Assembly: GCA_964474055.1 (NCBI GenBank)
Contig: CAYYRT010000407.1
Location: 1,110 to 65,109, forward strand
Direction: 5' to 3'
DNA length: 64,000 nt
DNA from: an uncultured Acidimicrobiaceae bacterium
GTDB taxonomy: Bacteria; Actinomycetota; Acidimicrobiia; Spongiisociales; ZC4RG35
Within the stretch, counting starts at the first letter, position 1; each line of letters begins with the position of its first letter. Position numbers and translations under genes: made by a program. Positions 1 through 9,207 of this stretch are shown here, piece by piece. The notes beneath the pieces are model-generated. The model was not told where the DNA came from and ran no database searches. It worked only from the letters and a program-made list of their open reading frames with translations.

Positions 1-975
1 GAGACCTTCGTCCGCAACGACTCGTCCAGCTCGGTCGACCAGCTCGGTCTTCGTCGGGGTCGGCAAGTTTACAATCAGAACACTCTCGGAGCTACGGTAG
101 ATTGGCTGTTAGACCAGGTCGCCACGCAGGCCTACTACCGCAACGTGCTGTTTCTCAACGAGGGCGGGAGTTCAAACAATACCAACACCACTGCAGGTGC
201 CTCCGCCAACGAAGATGATCAGATGACGCATATTCTCGGAGTGAACGCCGCAACCCGCGTCTTGACCGACTATCTGATCCGGGTGGGATATGAGTTCTCA
301 CGGACCGACGCACTCAACGGCGGGAACAGAGATTCGGCCAACACGAGCAACACCGTCTTTGCGTCCGCCTCTCGGCAGTTTGGCTTGTACGCGACCGGCG
401 GTCTGTCGACCTCCGCTCAGTTCCAGACCGAAGATAGCACCCGTGTCTACAACGTGTCTCTCTTCGGGGCCTACGGCTTGCCCACTGGGCTCTCGCTGTC
501 TGCCGCCGTGGGCTACAGCATTCTACAGAGCGACACGCAGGACAGCGAGGGCATCATCACGGCTAACGTCGCGGCCAGCTACCGCTTCGCGCGGGCTGTC
601 CTTTCTGTGGGCGTGTTTCAGGACTTCCGCCAGACTGCCCAGCAGGGCCAGAACTTTGGGACCGTCCAGACCCGGTCCTACTTCGGGAGCTTCCTTTACC
701 AGTGGACGCCGTTTATCAACACCGTGCTCAATGTGACTTACAGCGAGAACGAACCCACTGGGACCGGCAATCAGCGCGGCGGGGGAAGCCAGAACATGCT
801 CACGTACGGAGCTGGCGTGAACTGGCAGGTGTTGCGCTGGCTGACCGCGAGCTTGCAGTACCAATACAGCAGGCAAACCGGAGGCGATACCTTCAGCAAC
901 AATCAGCCGGGGCAGGCTGGGACCGGCGATTACGCCGAGAATCGCGCGACCCTCAGCCTCTTCGCGACGTTCTAG
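1..975 (+). CDS. 5'-truncated putative outer-membrane beta-barrel protein. The frame is open from base 1. Possibly the PEP-CTERM-locus-associated OMP.
   Basis: Frame 1 is open from position 1 to the stop at 973-975. The protein is Gly/Ser/Thr/Asn/Gln-rich with alternating hydrophobic residues and ends in ...ATLSLFATF (terminal aromatic beta-signal). Confidence 0.5.
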   Translation, partial: ETFVRNDSSSSVDQLGLRRGRQVYNQNTLGATVDWLLDQVATQAYYRNVLFLNEGGSSNNTNTTAGASANEDDQMTHILGVNAATRVLTDYLIRVGYEFSRTDALNGGNRDSANTSNTVFASASRQFGLYATGGLSTSAQFQTEDSTRVYNVSLFGAYGLPTGLSLSAAVGYSILQSDTQDSEGIITANVAASYRFARAVLSVGVFQDFRQTAQQGQNFGTVQTRSYFGSFLYQWTPFINTVLNVTYSENEPTGTGNQRGGGSQNMLTYGAGVNWQVLRWLTASLQYQYSRQTGGDTFSNNQPGQAGTGDYAENRATLSLFATF

Positions 976-1102
976 CGTCGCGGTTGTTACCCGCCGCGCA
1001 AACGTTGCACTGATTCACCAAGCGTTAAGTTTCTACTTTAATTCGCTATTTTATCGCGGTCAACGCTGATGGGAACGCGTCCGCGCAGATTTCCGTAGAA
1101 GA

Positions 1103-1122
1103 TGGAAAGGATTGCCCAATCC
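1103..1122. promoter_or_regulatory. Inverted repeat GGATTG-CC-CAATCC (within TGGAAAGGATTGCCCAATCC) about 88 bp upstream of the sigma-54 -24 element. Candidate enhancer (UAS).
   Basis: Perfect 6-bp arms with a 2-bp spacer, read directly from the sequence. Resembles the repeat at 44281-44298 upstream of the second sigma-54 promoter. Confidence 0.3.
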
Positions 1123-1202
1123 GTGTAGCGAAAGACCCCGAGAAATGATCGCGATTTTGTATTGTATTCAGTGAGTTAACTGCGTCTCGTCTGGTTCCGG
1201 CT

Positions 1203-1218
1203 TGGCACCGTGCTTGCT
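1203..1218 (+). promoter_or_regulatory. Sigma-54 (RpoN) -24/-12 promoter TGGCAC-N5-TTGCT driving operon 1.
   Basis: Exact match to the consensus TGGCAC N5 TTGCW at 1203-1218 in a lower-GC intergenic stretch, directly upstream of the first operon gene. Expected chance frequency in this window is about 0.1. Confidence 0.55.
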
Positions 1219-1233
1219 CCATCAGGGGCACGC

Positions 1234-2604
1234 ATGCTTCGGATCTTCCGGCACTATGTCTCGGGACTCGCGCTTGTCCTCTTCATGGGGGACATCGCGG
1301 TCATTTTCGCTGCTTCGTACGTCACCGAGCTCTCCGCAGTGTGGCCGGGCTATGGGCACTTCGTGTTCCGCACGCTAGAGATTAGCTTTGTAATTACCTT
1401 CATCCTCTACCTGGGCGATCTCTATCAGCCCCGCCAGGTGCTCGGACGTCGGGAGCTAATGGCCCGTGTCCTGACCTACCTGGCGACCGCGGCTATGGTC
1501 GTGGCGGCCGTCGGCTTCGCGGTCCCACCCCTGCGTCTGAGCCGCTCGGCCTTCCTCGGAATATTCCTGCTTACCACGCCAGGCATCATGATCTGGCGCG
1601 CCGCGCTTCTGGGAGCCTGGTCGCAGCAGCAGCTGATGCTTCGAGTGCTCGTCCTGGGGACCGGTCAGGTCGGTCGTCTCATCGCCGGGCTCGAGCTGAC
1701 CAGCGCCAGGCCATTCCGGATCATTGGGTTTTTGGACGACGCCCCTGACGCCGCGGACATGCTGCCGGACGGTCACGTCTTGCTCGGGAAGATCCAGGAT
1801 CTGGACTCGCTCGTGGAGGAAACCCGCCCGGACATCGTGGTCATCGCGCAACTGGACCGACGGGGCTGCTTCCCCACCAAGGCGCTGCTGGAGTGCCGTC
1901 TCCGTGGCATCCGCGTCGAGGACTGGCCGACCTTCTACGAAAAGGCTGAGGGCAAGATCCTCGTGACGGCCGTGCGACCGAGTTGGCTGATCTTCTCTGA
2001 CGGTTTCGTCAAGACGCCTCGTACTGAAATCATCAAGCGCTTGTTCGACATCACTTTGGCCCTGGCTGGCCTGGTTCTGTCGATCCCCTTGATGCTCATC
2101 ACCGCGATCGCGATCAAGCTGGAGTCTCCCGGACCGATTCTCTACCGGCAGCCTCGGCTGGGCAAGAACGGGTGCGTGTTCATCCTGAACAAGTTCCGGT
2201 CGATGCGCCAGGATGCCGAGAAGGACACCGGGCCCGTTTGGAGCGGACAGCGAGACCCGCGGATCAACCGGGTGGGCCACGTCCTGCGGCGCGCTCGGCT
2301 AGACGAGCTGCCGCAACTCTTCAACGTGCTCGTCGGCCACATGAGCTTCATCGGGCCGCGCCCGGAACGCCCGGAGTTCGTCGCCGAGCTACAGAAGCGG
2401 ATCCCGTTCTACATGGAGCGCCTGGCCGTGAAGCCGGGTCTCACCGGATGGGCACAGGTGAAGTATCAGTACGGCTCCTCGGTAGACGACGCGATCGAGA
2501 AACTCCAGTACGACCTGTACTACATCAAGAATCTTTCATTGTTCCTAGATCTCCTGATTGTTCTTAACACAGTGCAGGTAGTTATCTTCGCCCGGGGGCG
2601 TTGA
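1234..2604 (+). CDS. Polyprenyl-phosphate sugar phosphotransferase (bacterial sugar transferase, WbaP/EpsB-like). Priming enzyme.
   Basis: N-terminal TM helices and a C-terminal catalytic domain with ...RLDELPQLFNVLVGHMSFIGPRPERPEF..KPGLTGWAQV. The ORF-track start GTG 1210 overlaps the sigma-54 promoter, so ATG 1234 (or 1285) is preferred. Confidence 0.8.
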   Translation: MLRIFRHYVSGLALVLFMGDIAVIFAASYVTELSAVWPGYGHFVFRTLEISFVITFILYLGDLYQPRQVLGRRELMARVLTYLATAAMVVAAVGFAVPPLRLSRSAFLGIFLLTTPGIMIWRAALLGAWSQQQLMLRVLVLGTGQVGRLIAGLELTSARPFRIIGFLDDAPDAADMLPDGHVLLGKIQDLDSLVEETRPDIVVIAQLDRRGCFPTKALLECRLRGIRVEDWPTFYEKAEGKILVTAVRPSWLIFSDGFVKTPRTEIIKRLFDITLALAGLVLSIPLMLITAIAIKLESPGPILYRQPRLGKNGCVFILNKFRSMRQDAEKDTGPVWSGQRDPRINRVGHVLRRARLDELPQLFNVLVGHMSFIGPRPERPEFVAELQKRIPFYMERLAVKPGLTGWAQVKYQYGSSVDDAIEKLQYDLYYIKNLSLFLDLLIVLNTVQVVIFARGR

Positions 2605-2647
2605 CCAACGTGAGCGGCCCAAACAAAGCCAAGGAGACCAGCATCTG

Positions 2648-4876
2648 ATGGAGACCAGGACGGTCCTCAAACAAGTGGCGGTCTCGCTTTTCGCCCGGCG
2701 CAAGAAATGGATCGTTCTCACGGCGCTCGCCGCGCTCTTGCTTCTGGTGCCCGCTGCGTACTTGCTTTCCAAGGAGCCGCCGCGCTATCGAACAACGGCG
2801 ACGATTCTGATCGAGAACAGAGTCGGCCGCGAGCCGTTATTCCAGGAGTTTACGCGCAGCAGACCGGTCGCGGTCCAGCTCGCGATCCTCCAGAGCCGTC
2901 TCCTTGCCGCCTCCGTCGTGGAGGCGCTGCCCCCCGCCTCGCTCGAGGACCTGTTGCACAACCCGTACGGCCGCGATTACCTGGGGGAGCTGGTGGAGTG
3001 GCTGGGCAGCCTGCGCGGCCGCCAGGAGGTGGTCGCTGCGACCCCGCAGCGTCGCGCCGTCGCGGAGCTTCGCCGGGATCGCGTGAAGTTTACCAGTCCG
3101 TCGAGCGGTGCCACGGGCATCGTGGAGATCTCGGCCGAGGCGTCGCAGCCTCAGGTCGCGCTCGATATCGCCAACACGTATATCGAAGTGCTGCTGGCCC
3201 GGACCCGCTCCTTCAATGTGGACGACGCGAAGGCCACGCGGGAGTACCTCTCGCAGCAGGCAGTGCAGGTATCAGACGCACTCTCCCGCAATGAGTCTGC
3301 GCTCCGGGCGTTCACACTGTCCCGGGGCGGAGTCCAGATCCCTGCGAAAAGCGCGGACACGGCGCAGCGTCTCTCACAGCTCGAGACGACGCTGGCCGAG
3401 GTTCAAGCCAACAAGAGCATCAGCCAGACCCGCCTATCCCCGCTCAAGTCGAAGCTCGAATCCATGCCGGTCAGCCCGTCCACGCGCAAGACGATGGTTG
3501 CGGCGGCGCCAGTGAATCCGGCCAATACCCAGCGGCTCCTCTCGAAGCTCGGCAGTCTAGAGGCGCAGATGGTCGAGGCGAAGACCCGCTACTCCGAGGA
3601 CCACCCGCGAATTCGTTCGCTCGCCCAGCAGATCGGCGAGGTGCAGCGAGAGTTGGGCGAGACGATCAAGGACTCGATCCCTGCGAGCACCGGAGGGGCT
3701 CGCGTGGCGATTGCGCCCGATGACCGCGCCGCGTTCGCGGAGATGGTGACCGCGCTGGAAACATCAATCGTCTCCCTGAGCGTACAGGAGAACGCGCTGA
3801 AGGATCAGATCGTGGCCGCGCGGCGAGATCTGACCGGTCTCTCGAAGGACGAGCTGGAGTTTCGGCGGCTCGCGTCGGAGGTCGAGACCAGCCGCAAGCT
3901 CAGCACGCTCCTCTCCGACAAGCTCGGGGCAGCTCGGATCCGCGAGCAGGGTGAGATGAATGTCGTGAAGGTGATCGATCCGCCGGGCTTTCCCACCACC
4001 GCGCCCAACCAGCGCCGCATCCAGTTCGTGGGTTTGGCCCTGGCGCTGGCCCTGGTCATCGGTCTCGTCGCGCCGGCGACCGCGGAGTACTTCAACCGGG
4101 CCATCATGGGCGAGGACGACATCAAGCAGCTCACCGGCTTTCCCATCCTGACCGTGGTGCCGCAGGTGTCCTCGGAGAGGATGAGCTTCAGCTCGCGCCC
4201 GGGCGAGAGCCGGCAAGGGCCGCAGGAGGAGTACCACCTCTTCGTCGATGCCTTCCGGCGCCTCCGCGTCGAGCTGCAGATGATCAACGACACTGTCCCG
4301 CTTCGGAAGATCCTCGTCGCGAGCTGCCTGCCGTTCGAGGGCAAGTCCACGGTCGTCTTCAATCTCGGCCTGGCCTTTGGCGAGGCGGGGAGGCGTGTGA
4401 TCATCGCGGACGCCGACTTCCACCGACCGACGCTGCATCGGATCGCCAACGCCCCGCACCGCAAGGGGATCACCGATCTCCTGGCCGGCACCAGCAGTCT
4501 GATCGACACGATGATGCGAGTCACCGATAACGTCCAGCTGGCGCCGCGCGGCGACGCGTTGAGCGCTCCTTCGCGCTCGGGCCTGGGCACGGAGCGCCTG
4601 CCACGGATTCTCGGCGACATGTCCGACGAGGCTGACTACGTCATCATGGACTCCTCGCCGATTCTGCTGGTTCCGGACAACCTATACATGGCCGCGGCGG
4701 CGGACGGCATCGTGCTCGTGGTGGCGGTGGCGCAGACCCGGCCGCGGGACTTGCTGCGCACGAAGGCGATTCTGGAGCGAGCCGGCACCCCGATCGTTGG
4801 CGTGGTCCTGAACCGGACTCCGGTGAAGCAGCTGAGTTCGTACTACAAGCAGTACAGCGGCTACTACGGTTCTTGA
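2648..4876 (+). CDS. wzc: Fused polysaccharide co-polymerase / BY tyrosine autokinase (Wzc/GumC-like).
   Basis: N-terminal TM + Wzz-like periplasmic coiled-coil region and a second TM. C-terminal P-loop ATPase with Walker A PFEGKST, Walker A' VIIADADFHRP, Walker B VIMDSSPIL, and a Tyr-rich tail YYKQYSGYYGS. Confidence 0.8.
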   Translation: METRTVLKQVAVSLFARRKKWIVLTALAALLLLVPAAYLLSKEPPRYRTTATILIENRVGREPLFQEFTRSRPVAVQLAILQSRLLAASVVEALPPASLEDLLHNPYGRDYLGELVEWLGSLRGRQEVVAATPQRRAVAELRRDRVKFTSPSSGATGIVEISAEASQPQVALDIANTYIEVLLARTRSFNVDDAKATREYLSQQAVQVSDALSRNESALRAFTLSRGGVQIPAKSADTAQRLSQLETTLAEVQANKSISQTRLSPLKSKLESMPVSPSTRKTMVAAAPVNPANTQRLLSKLGSLEAQMVEAKTRYSEDHPRIRSLAQQIGEVQRELGETIKDSIPASTGGARVAIAPDDRAAFAEMVTALETSIVSLSVQENALKDQIVAARRDLTGLSKDELEFRRLASEVETSRKLSTLLSDKLGAARIREQGEMNVVKVIDPPGFPTTAPNQRRIQFVGLALALALVIGLVAPATAEYFNRAIMGEDDIKQLTGFPILTVVPQVSSERMSFSSRPGESRQGPQEEYHLFVDAFRRLRVELQMINDTVPLRKILVASCLPFEGKSTVVFNLGLAFGEAGRRVIIADADFHRPTLHRIANAPHRKGITDLLAGTSSLIDTMMRVTDNVQLAPRGDALSAPSRSGLGTERLPRILGDMSDEADYVIMDSSPILLVPDNLYMAAAADGIVLVVAVAQTRPRDLLRTKAILERAGTPIVGVVLNRTPVKQLSSYYKQYSGYYGS

Positions 4877-4878
4877 CG

Positions 4879-6228
4879 ATGACCCCTAACCCTCTAGCGA
4901 ATGGGAGTGCCCAGGACGTGTGGACCCAGCTATTGCTCGAAAAGCTCAAGACGCGCAACGCGCGCGTTAGTATCGTCGGCCTCGGCTACGTGGGTCTGAG
5001 CCTAGCGGTCGAACTGGGGAAGGCCGGCTTCACGGTTCGCGGCGTCGACTTGGACCTGGTGCGAGTCAACTTGCTGAACCGCGGCGAGACGTATTTGGTA
5101 GACGTCCCGGCCGAGACCGTCGCGCGGCTGGTGAGCGCGGGCCGGCTTTCCGGCTCGACTTCGTTCGAGGAGGCGGCGACCGCCGACGTCATCATCATTT
5201 GCGTCCCCACCCCGTTGCGCAAGACCAAGGAACCGGATATCTCGTACATCCTCTCGGCGGTGGAGAGCCTTCTGCCCCACCTGCACGCTGGCCAGCTCAT
5301 GGTGCTCGAGAGCACGACGTATCCGGGCACCACCGAGGAGGCGGTCCAGCCGCAGCTGGAGGCGAGCGGCCTTGTGATCGGACGGGACTTCTTCCTGGCG
5401 TTCTCCCCAGAGCGGGTCGATCCTGGCAACAAGCACTTCACCACCGCTACGATTCCAAAAGTCGTCGGGGGCGTCACCGTGGACTGCACGAAGCTTGCCT
5501 CGGCCCTTTATAGCCAGGTAACCAATACCGTGTTCGAGGTCTCGAGCCCGCGCGTTGCCGAGACCGCCAAGCTGCTCGAGAACACGTTCCGCAGTGTCAA
5601 CATCGCGTTGGCCAACGAACTGGCCTTCGCCTGCCGAAAGATTGGCGTGGATCCGTGGGAGGTCATCGAGGCTGCTGCCACGAAGCCATTTGGGTTCATG
5701 CCATTCTACCCAGGGCCCGGTATCGGTGGGCACTGCATCCCAGTCGATCCACTGTATTTCTCCTGGAAAGTGCGGCTGACGGGCTACGAAGCTCAGTTCA
5801 TCGCGCTGGCCGATCAGGTCAACCGGGGCATGCCCGAGCACGTCGTCGCGCTCGTTGGCGATGCGCTGAATGATCGGGCCCGTGCTTTGCGCGGATCGTC
5901 GGTGCTCGTCATGGGCGTCACGTACAAGGCCGACGTCAATGATATCCGCGAATCGCCCGCGCTCGAGATCCTCGAGACGCTAGAGAAGAAGGGCGCCCAC
6001 GTGTCGTACGCGGATCCATACACGCCACAGCTGGCGGTGGGGGAACTCAAGCTCACCGCGGTCGAGCCGACCGGCGATGCTCTCGCTGCGGCCGACTGCG
6101 TAGTGATCCTGACCAGCCACTCGAGCTTCGACTATGGCCTCATCGCGGAACGGGCTCCCCTGGTGGTCGACACGCGCAATGCGCTCAGGGCCTATCGTAA
6201 CGGTCGGGCTTCCATCGTGACACTCTGA
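4879..6228 (+). CDS. Nucleotide-sugar 6-dehydrogenase (UDP-ManNAc/UDP-GlcNAc dehydrogenase family, WecC/WbpA-like).
   Basis: Rossmann motif VSIVGLGYVGLSLAVEL. The catalytic-Cys region GIGGHCIPVDP is present and the length (449 aa) fits the UDP-glucose/GDP-mannose dehydrogenase family. Adjacent to wecB. Alternative TTG start at 4873 overlaps the wzc stop. Confidence 0.8.
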   Translation: MTPNPLANGSAQDVWTQLLLEKLKTRNARVSIVGLGYVGLSLAVELGKAGFTVRGVDLDLVRVNLLNRGETYLVDVPAETVARLVSAGRLSGSTSFEEAATADVIIICVPTPLRKTKEPDISYILSAVESLLPHLHAGQLMVLESTTYPGTTEEAVQPQLEASGLVIGRDFFLAFSPERVDPGNKHFTTATIPKVVGGVTVDCTKLASALYSQVTNTVFEVSSPRVAETAKLLENTFRSVNIALANELAFACRKIGVDPWEVIEAAATKPFGFMPFYPGPGIGGHCIPVDPLYFSWKVRLTGYEAQFIALADQVNRGMPEHVVALVGDALNDRARALRGSSVLVMGVTYKADVNDIRESPALEILETLEKKGAHVSYADPYTPQLAVGELKLTAVEPTGDALAAADCVVILTSHSSFDYGLIAERAPLVVDTRNALRAYRNGRASIVTL

Positions 6229-6237
6229 GGAGCGGCC

Positions 6238-7245
6238 ATGCGCACCGTTCTCGTGACTGGCGGCGCCGGGTTCATCGGGTCGCACCTAGTGGACCAGCTC
6301 CTGGACGGAGGAGCCGCGGTACGCGTTCTGGACAACCTGTCCACTGGCTCGCTGGTCAATTTGAAGGTGGCGGCCGAGCGGCACTCGCGCGACGGGGCGG
6401 TCGTCAACAGCAGTCGCCTCGAGGTCGTGATCGGGGATGTGCGGGATCGGGAGGTACTCCGGAAGGCGCTTCGCGATGTGAAGTACGTGTTCCATCTGGC
6501 GGCGCTGCCGGGGGGTTCAGGCGCGGCGGGAGATTTCGCGGACGTTCACGCGGTGAACGTGGAAGGCACATTGAACCTGCTGCACGGCGCCCTCAGGGAA
6601 GGCGTGTGGCGGGTTGTCCTTGCGTCGTGCGCGTCGGTCTACGGCAGCGGGGACACGGTGGCGGTCTCCGAGGACGCGCCGTTACGGCCGACTAGCCTGT
6701 TCGGAGCGTACAAGGTGGCTGCGGAGACCTACTGCCAAGCCTTCCACGCCCGGCATCAGCTCGACATCGTCGTCCTCCGCTACTTCAGTGTGTACGGCCC
6801 GCGGCAGAAGGCAGTTCCCGGGGGGCCGCTTCTCGCGAACCTGATCGGGGCGATGCGCAAGCGGCGGCCGCTCGAGCACTACAGGAGCACGAGGACGGAC
6901 GACGTCATTTACGTCGAGGATGCCGTCGCCGCTACGTTGGCTGCCGCGCGCGCGCCGCGCGCCGGTGGACAAGCGGTCAATGTTGGGTCGGGAGAGATGA
7001 CGAGTATCGGCGACGTGCTCCGTATCCTGAGTGGTCTTCTGGGGACGCCGGTCGATGTCGGACTTCTGAAACGCTGGGAGGGCGAGCCGCGTGGTGTCAT
7101 CGCGGACACGTCCCGTGCCAGGGCATTGCTGGATTTCGTTCCGCGGATCTCGGTTACCGCGGGGCTCGCGGAGGTCGTACGGGGGCTGGTCGAGGCTGAT
7201 CGGCTGGAGAGCCTTGCGCTGGCTCACGTAGGACTGGATGATTGA
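6238..7245 (+). CDS. NAD-dependent epimerase/dehydratase (SDR family, UDP-sugar 4-epimerase-like).
   Basis: N-terminal VLVTGGAGFIGSHLVDQLL Rossmann motif and a YxxxK region (YKVAAETY). GAGGAG RBS upstream. Confidence 0.8.
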   Translation: MRTVLVTGGAGFIGSHLVDQLLDGGAAVRVLDNLSTGSLVNLKVAAERHSRDGAVVNSSRLEVVIGDVRDREVLRKALRDVKYVFHLAALPGGSGAAGDFADVHAVNVEGTLNLLHGALREGVWRVVLASCASVYGSGDTVAVSEDAPLRPTSLFGAYKVAAETYCQAFHARHQLDIVVLRYFSVYGPRQKAVPGGPLLANLIGAMRKRRPLEHYRSTRTDDVIYVEDAVAATLAAARAPRAGGQAVNVGSGEMTSIGDVLRILSGLLGTPVDVGLLKRWEGEPRGVIADTSRARALLDFVPRISVTAGLAEVVRGLVEADRLESLALAHVGLDD

Positions 7246-8114
7246 TGGTCCCGATCCACAACGCCTTGACGTTTGACGTGGAGGAATACTTCCACGCGGA
7301 GGTCTTCGCGGGAGTGGTACGGCAGGAGCAGTGGGCATCGCTTGAGAGCCGGGTCGCGCCGGCGACGGAGCGGGTGCTTGCGCTCCTCGCCGAGACCGGC
7401 TCCCGGGCCACCTTCTTCGTCCTTGGCTGGGTCGCGGAGCGCCATCCGAAGATGGTGCGGAGCATCGCGGCCCAGGGTCATGAGGTGGCCTGCCACGGCT
7501 ACGGCCATCAGATGATCACGCGCCTGAGCCGTGCCGAGTTCAGAGAGGATATCCACCGCGGTAAAGGCGCGGTGGAGGACGCCGCGGGCGTCGCGGTGAC
7601 CGGCTATCGCGCGCCGACGTTTTCGGTGCTTCGCGAAACACTCTGGAGTCTCGAGGTTCTCGCGGAAGCCGGCTTTGAGTACGACTCGAGCATCTTTCCG
7701 ATCGTCCACGATCGCTACGGGATCCCGGATGCTCCACGGTTTCCGCATCGGCTTCGCGCCGGCCGCGGCAAGGAGATCACCGAGTTTCCGCTCTCCACGG
7801 TGGCTCGGTTCGGGTGGCGGTTCCCGGTGGCGGGCGGCGGGTACTTTCGGCTCTTCCCGTATTCGGTCACGCGCTGGGCGCTAGGCCAGCTCAACGCTCG
7901 CGAAGGCCAGCCGGCCATGGTCTACCTGCATCCGTGGGAGATGGATCCCGAGCAGCCCCGGCTGCCGGTGGGCTGTGTAGCTCAGTTCCGCCACTCGGTG
8001 AACACCGGCTCTACCGTCTCGAAGCTGCGCCGGCTGGTTCGGGAGTTTGCGTTCGCGCCGGTGAGGGACGTGCTCGCCACCGCTGGGGCCATAGGTTGGG
8101 GCAGGGTCGCATGA
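7245..8114 (+). CDS. Polysaccharide deacetylase (NodB fold). Resembles the PEP-CTERM-locus subfamily.
   Basis: TFDVEEYFH..RATFFVLGWVAERHP..GHEVACHGYGH motifs (metal-binding Asp/His). TGATG overlap with the upstream gene. Confidence 0.75.
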   Translation: MVPIHNALTFDVEEYFHAEVFAGVVRQEQWASLESRVAPATERVLALLAETGSRATFFVLGWVAERHPKMVRSIAAQGHEVACHGYGHQMITRLSRAEFREDIHRGKGAVEDAAGVAVTGYRAPTFSVLRETLWSLEVLAEAGFEYDSSIFPIVHDRYGIPDAPRFPHRLRAGRGKEITEFPLSTVARFGWRFPVAGGGYFRLFPYSVTRWALGQLNAREGQPAMVYLHPWEMDPEQPRLPVGCVAQFRHSVNTGSTVSKLRRLVREFAFAPVRDVLATAGAIGWGRVA

Positions 8115-9199
8115 GGATTCTGGCAGTCGTCGGAGCCCGGCCGAACTTCGTCAAGATCGCGCCGATCATGGCCGAGCTCGCGGAGTATCCGTACATCACG
8201 ACCACGCTGGTGCACACCGGACAGCACTACGATGCTCAGATGTCGGACTCTTTTTTCGCGAACCTGGAGATTCCGCGACCGGACACCAACCTCAAGGTGC
8301 AGGCGGGGGGTGCGATCGGCCAGATCGCGGAGATCATGACGCGGATCGAGCCCGTTCTCGACCGCTTTCACCCCGACATGGTGGTGGTCGTGGGCGATGT
8401 TAACTCTACGGTGGCGGCGACCATCGCGGCGGTGAAGATGGGCCGACCGGTGGCGCACGTCGAGGCGGGCCTGCGCAGCTTCGACCGTACCATGCCGGAG
8501 GAGGTGAACCGGATCCTCACCGACTCTATCTCGGATCTGCTTTTCACGAGCGAGCCGTCGGGAGAGGAGAATCTGCTCCGGGAGGGCGTCGCTTCCGAGA
8601 AGATTCACTTCGTGGGAAACGTGATGATCGACACGCTGTTCCGCTACCGAGAGCGGGCGCGGCAGTCTAAGGTGCTGGATCGGCTCGCGCTGTCCGCGGG
8701 CGGATACGTGGTCCTCACCCTCCACCGGCCCAGCAACGTGGACGACGAGGGCACCCTGGGGATGCTGCTCAGCGCGGTCGCCCGCATCCAGGCAGAGATC
8801 CCGGTGGTCTTCCCGGTGCATCCGCGGACACGCCGGCGACTCGAGGCGCTCGCGAGCGTCCTGACGCCGATGCCTGGGCTCCGGTTGGCAGACCCAATGC
8901 CATACCTGGACTTTCTTCAGCTCATGGCCGAGGCGCGTTGCGTGCTAACGGACTCGGGAGGCATTCAGGAGGAAACCACCGCCCTCCGCATCCCGTGCCT
9001 AACGCTGCGGCAGAACACCGAGCGGCCGGTCACGGTGATCCGGGGGACGAATCGCATCGTGGGCACGGAACCGGCTGCGATCTATGAGAGCTGGCGGGAG
9101 GTCGTGGACGGCAAGTGGCCGGCGGGCGAGTTGCCGGAGCTGTGGGACGGCAAGGCGGCTGCCCGCATCGCTCGCGTGCTTCTCGAAGCCGCGAGATAG
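8111..9199 (+). CDS. wecB: UDP-N-acetylglucosamine 2-epimerase (non-hydrolysing).
   Basis: MRILAVVGARPNFVKIAPIM..HTGQHYD..FDRTMPEEVNRILTD..LTDSGGIQEE hallmark motifs. ATGA overlap with the upstream gene. Confidence 0.85.
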   Translation: MRILAVVGARPNFVKIAPIMAELAEYPYITTTLVHTGQHYDAQMSDSFFANLEIPRPDTNLKVQAGGAIGQIAEIMTRIEPVLDRFHPDMVVVVGDVNSTVAATIAAVKMGRPVAHVEAGLRSFDRTMPEEVNRILTDSISDLLFTSEPSGEENLLREGVASEKIHFVGNVMIDTLFRYRERARQSKVLDRLALSAGGYVVLTLHRPSNVDDEGTLGMLLSAVARIQAEIPVVFPVHPRTRRRLEALASVLTPMPGLRLADPMPYLDFLQLMAEARCVLTDSGGIQEETTALRIPCLTLRQNTERPVTVIRGTNRIVGTEPAAIYESWREVVDGKWPAGELPELWDGKAAARIARVLLEAAR

Positions 9200-9207
9200 G
9201 CCGCTCC

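Noticed and set aside
7814-8110. ORF-track N-terminal extension of wecB (start 7814) overlapping the deacetylase gene.
   Set aside because: The extension is low-complexity and out of frame with the upstream gene, and the canonical MRILAVVGARPNF N-terminus begins at ATG 8111 with an ATGA overlap. The same reasoning was applied to the extended ORFs at 9115, 14043, 19098, 20969, 23990, 26347, 28885, 29940, 31174, 32577, 35130, 45740, 47314, 52222, 55249, 56259, 58085 and 60217.
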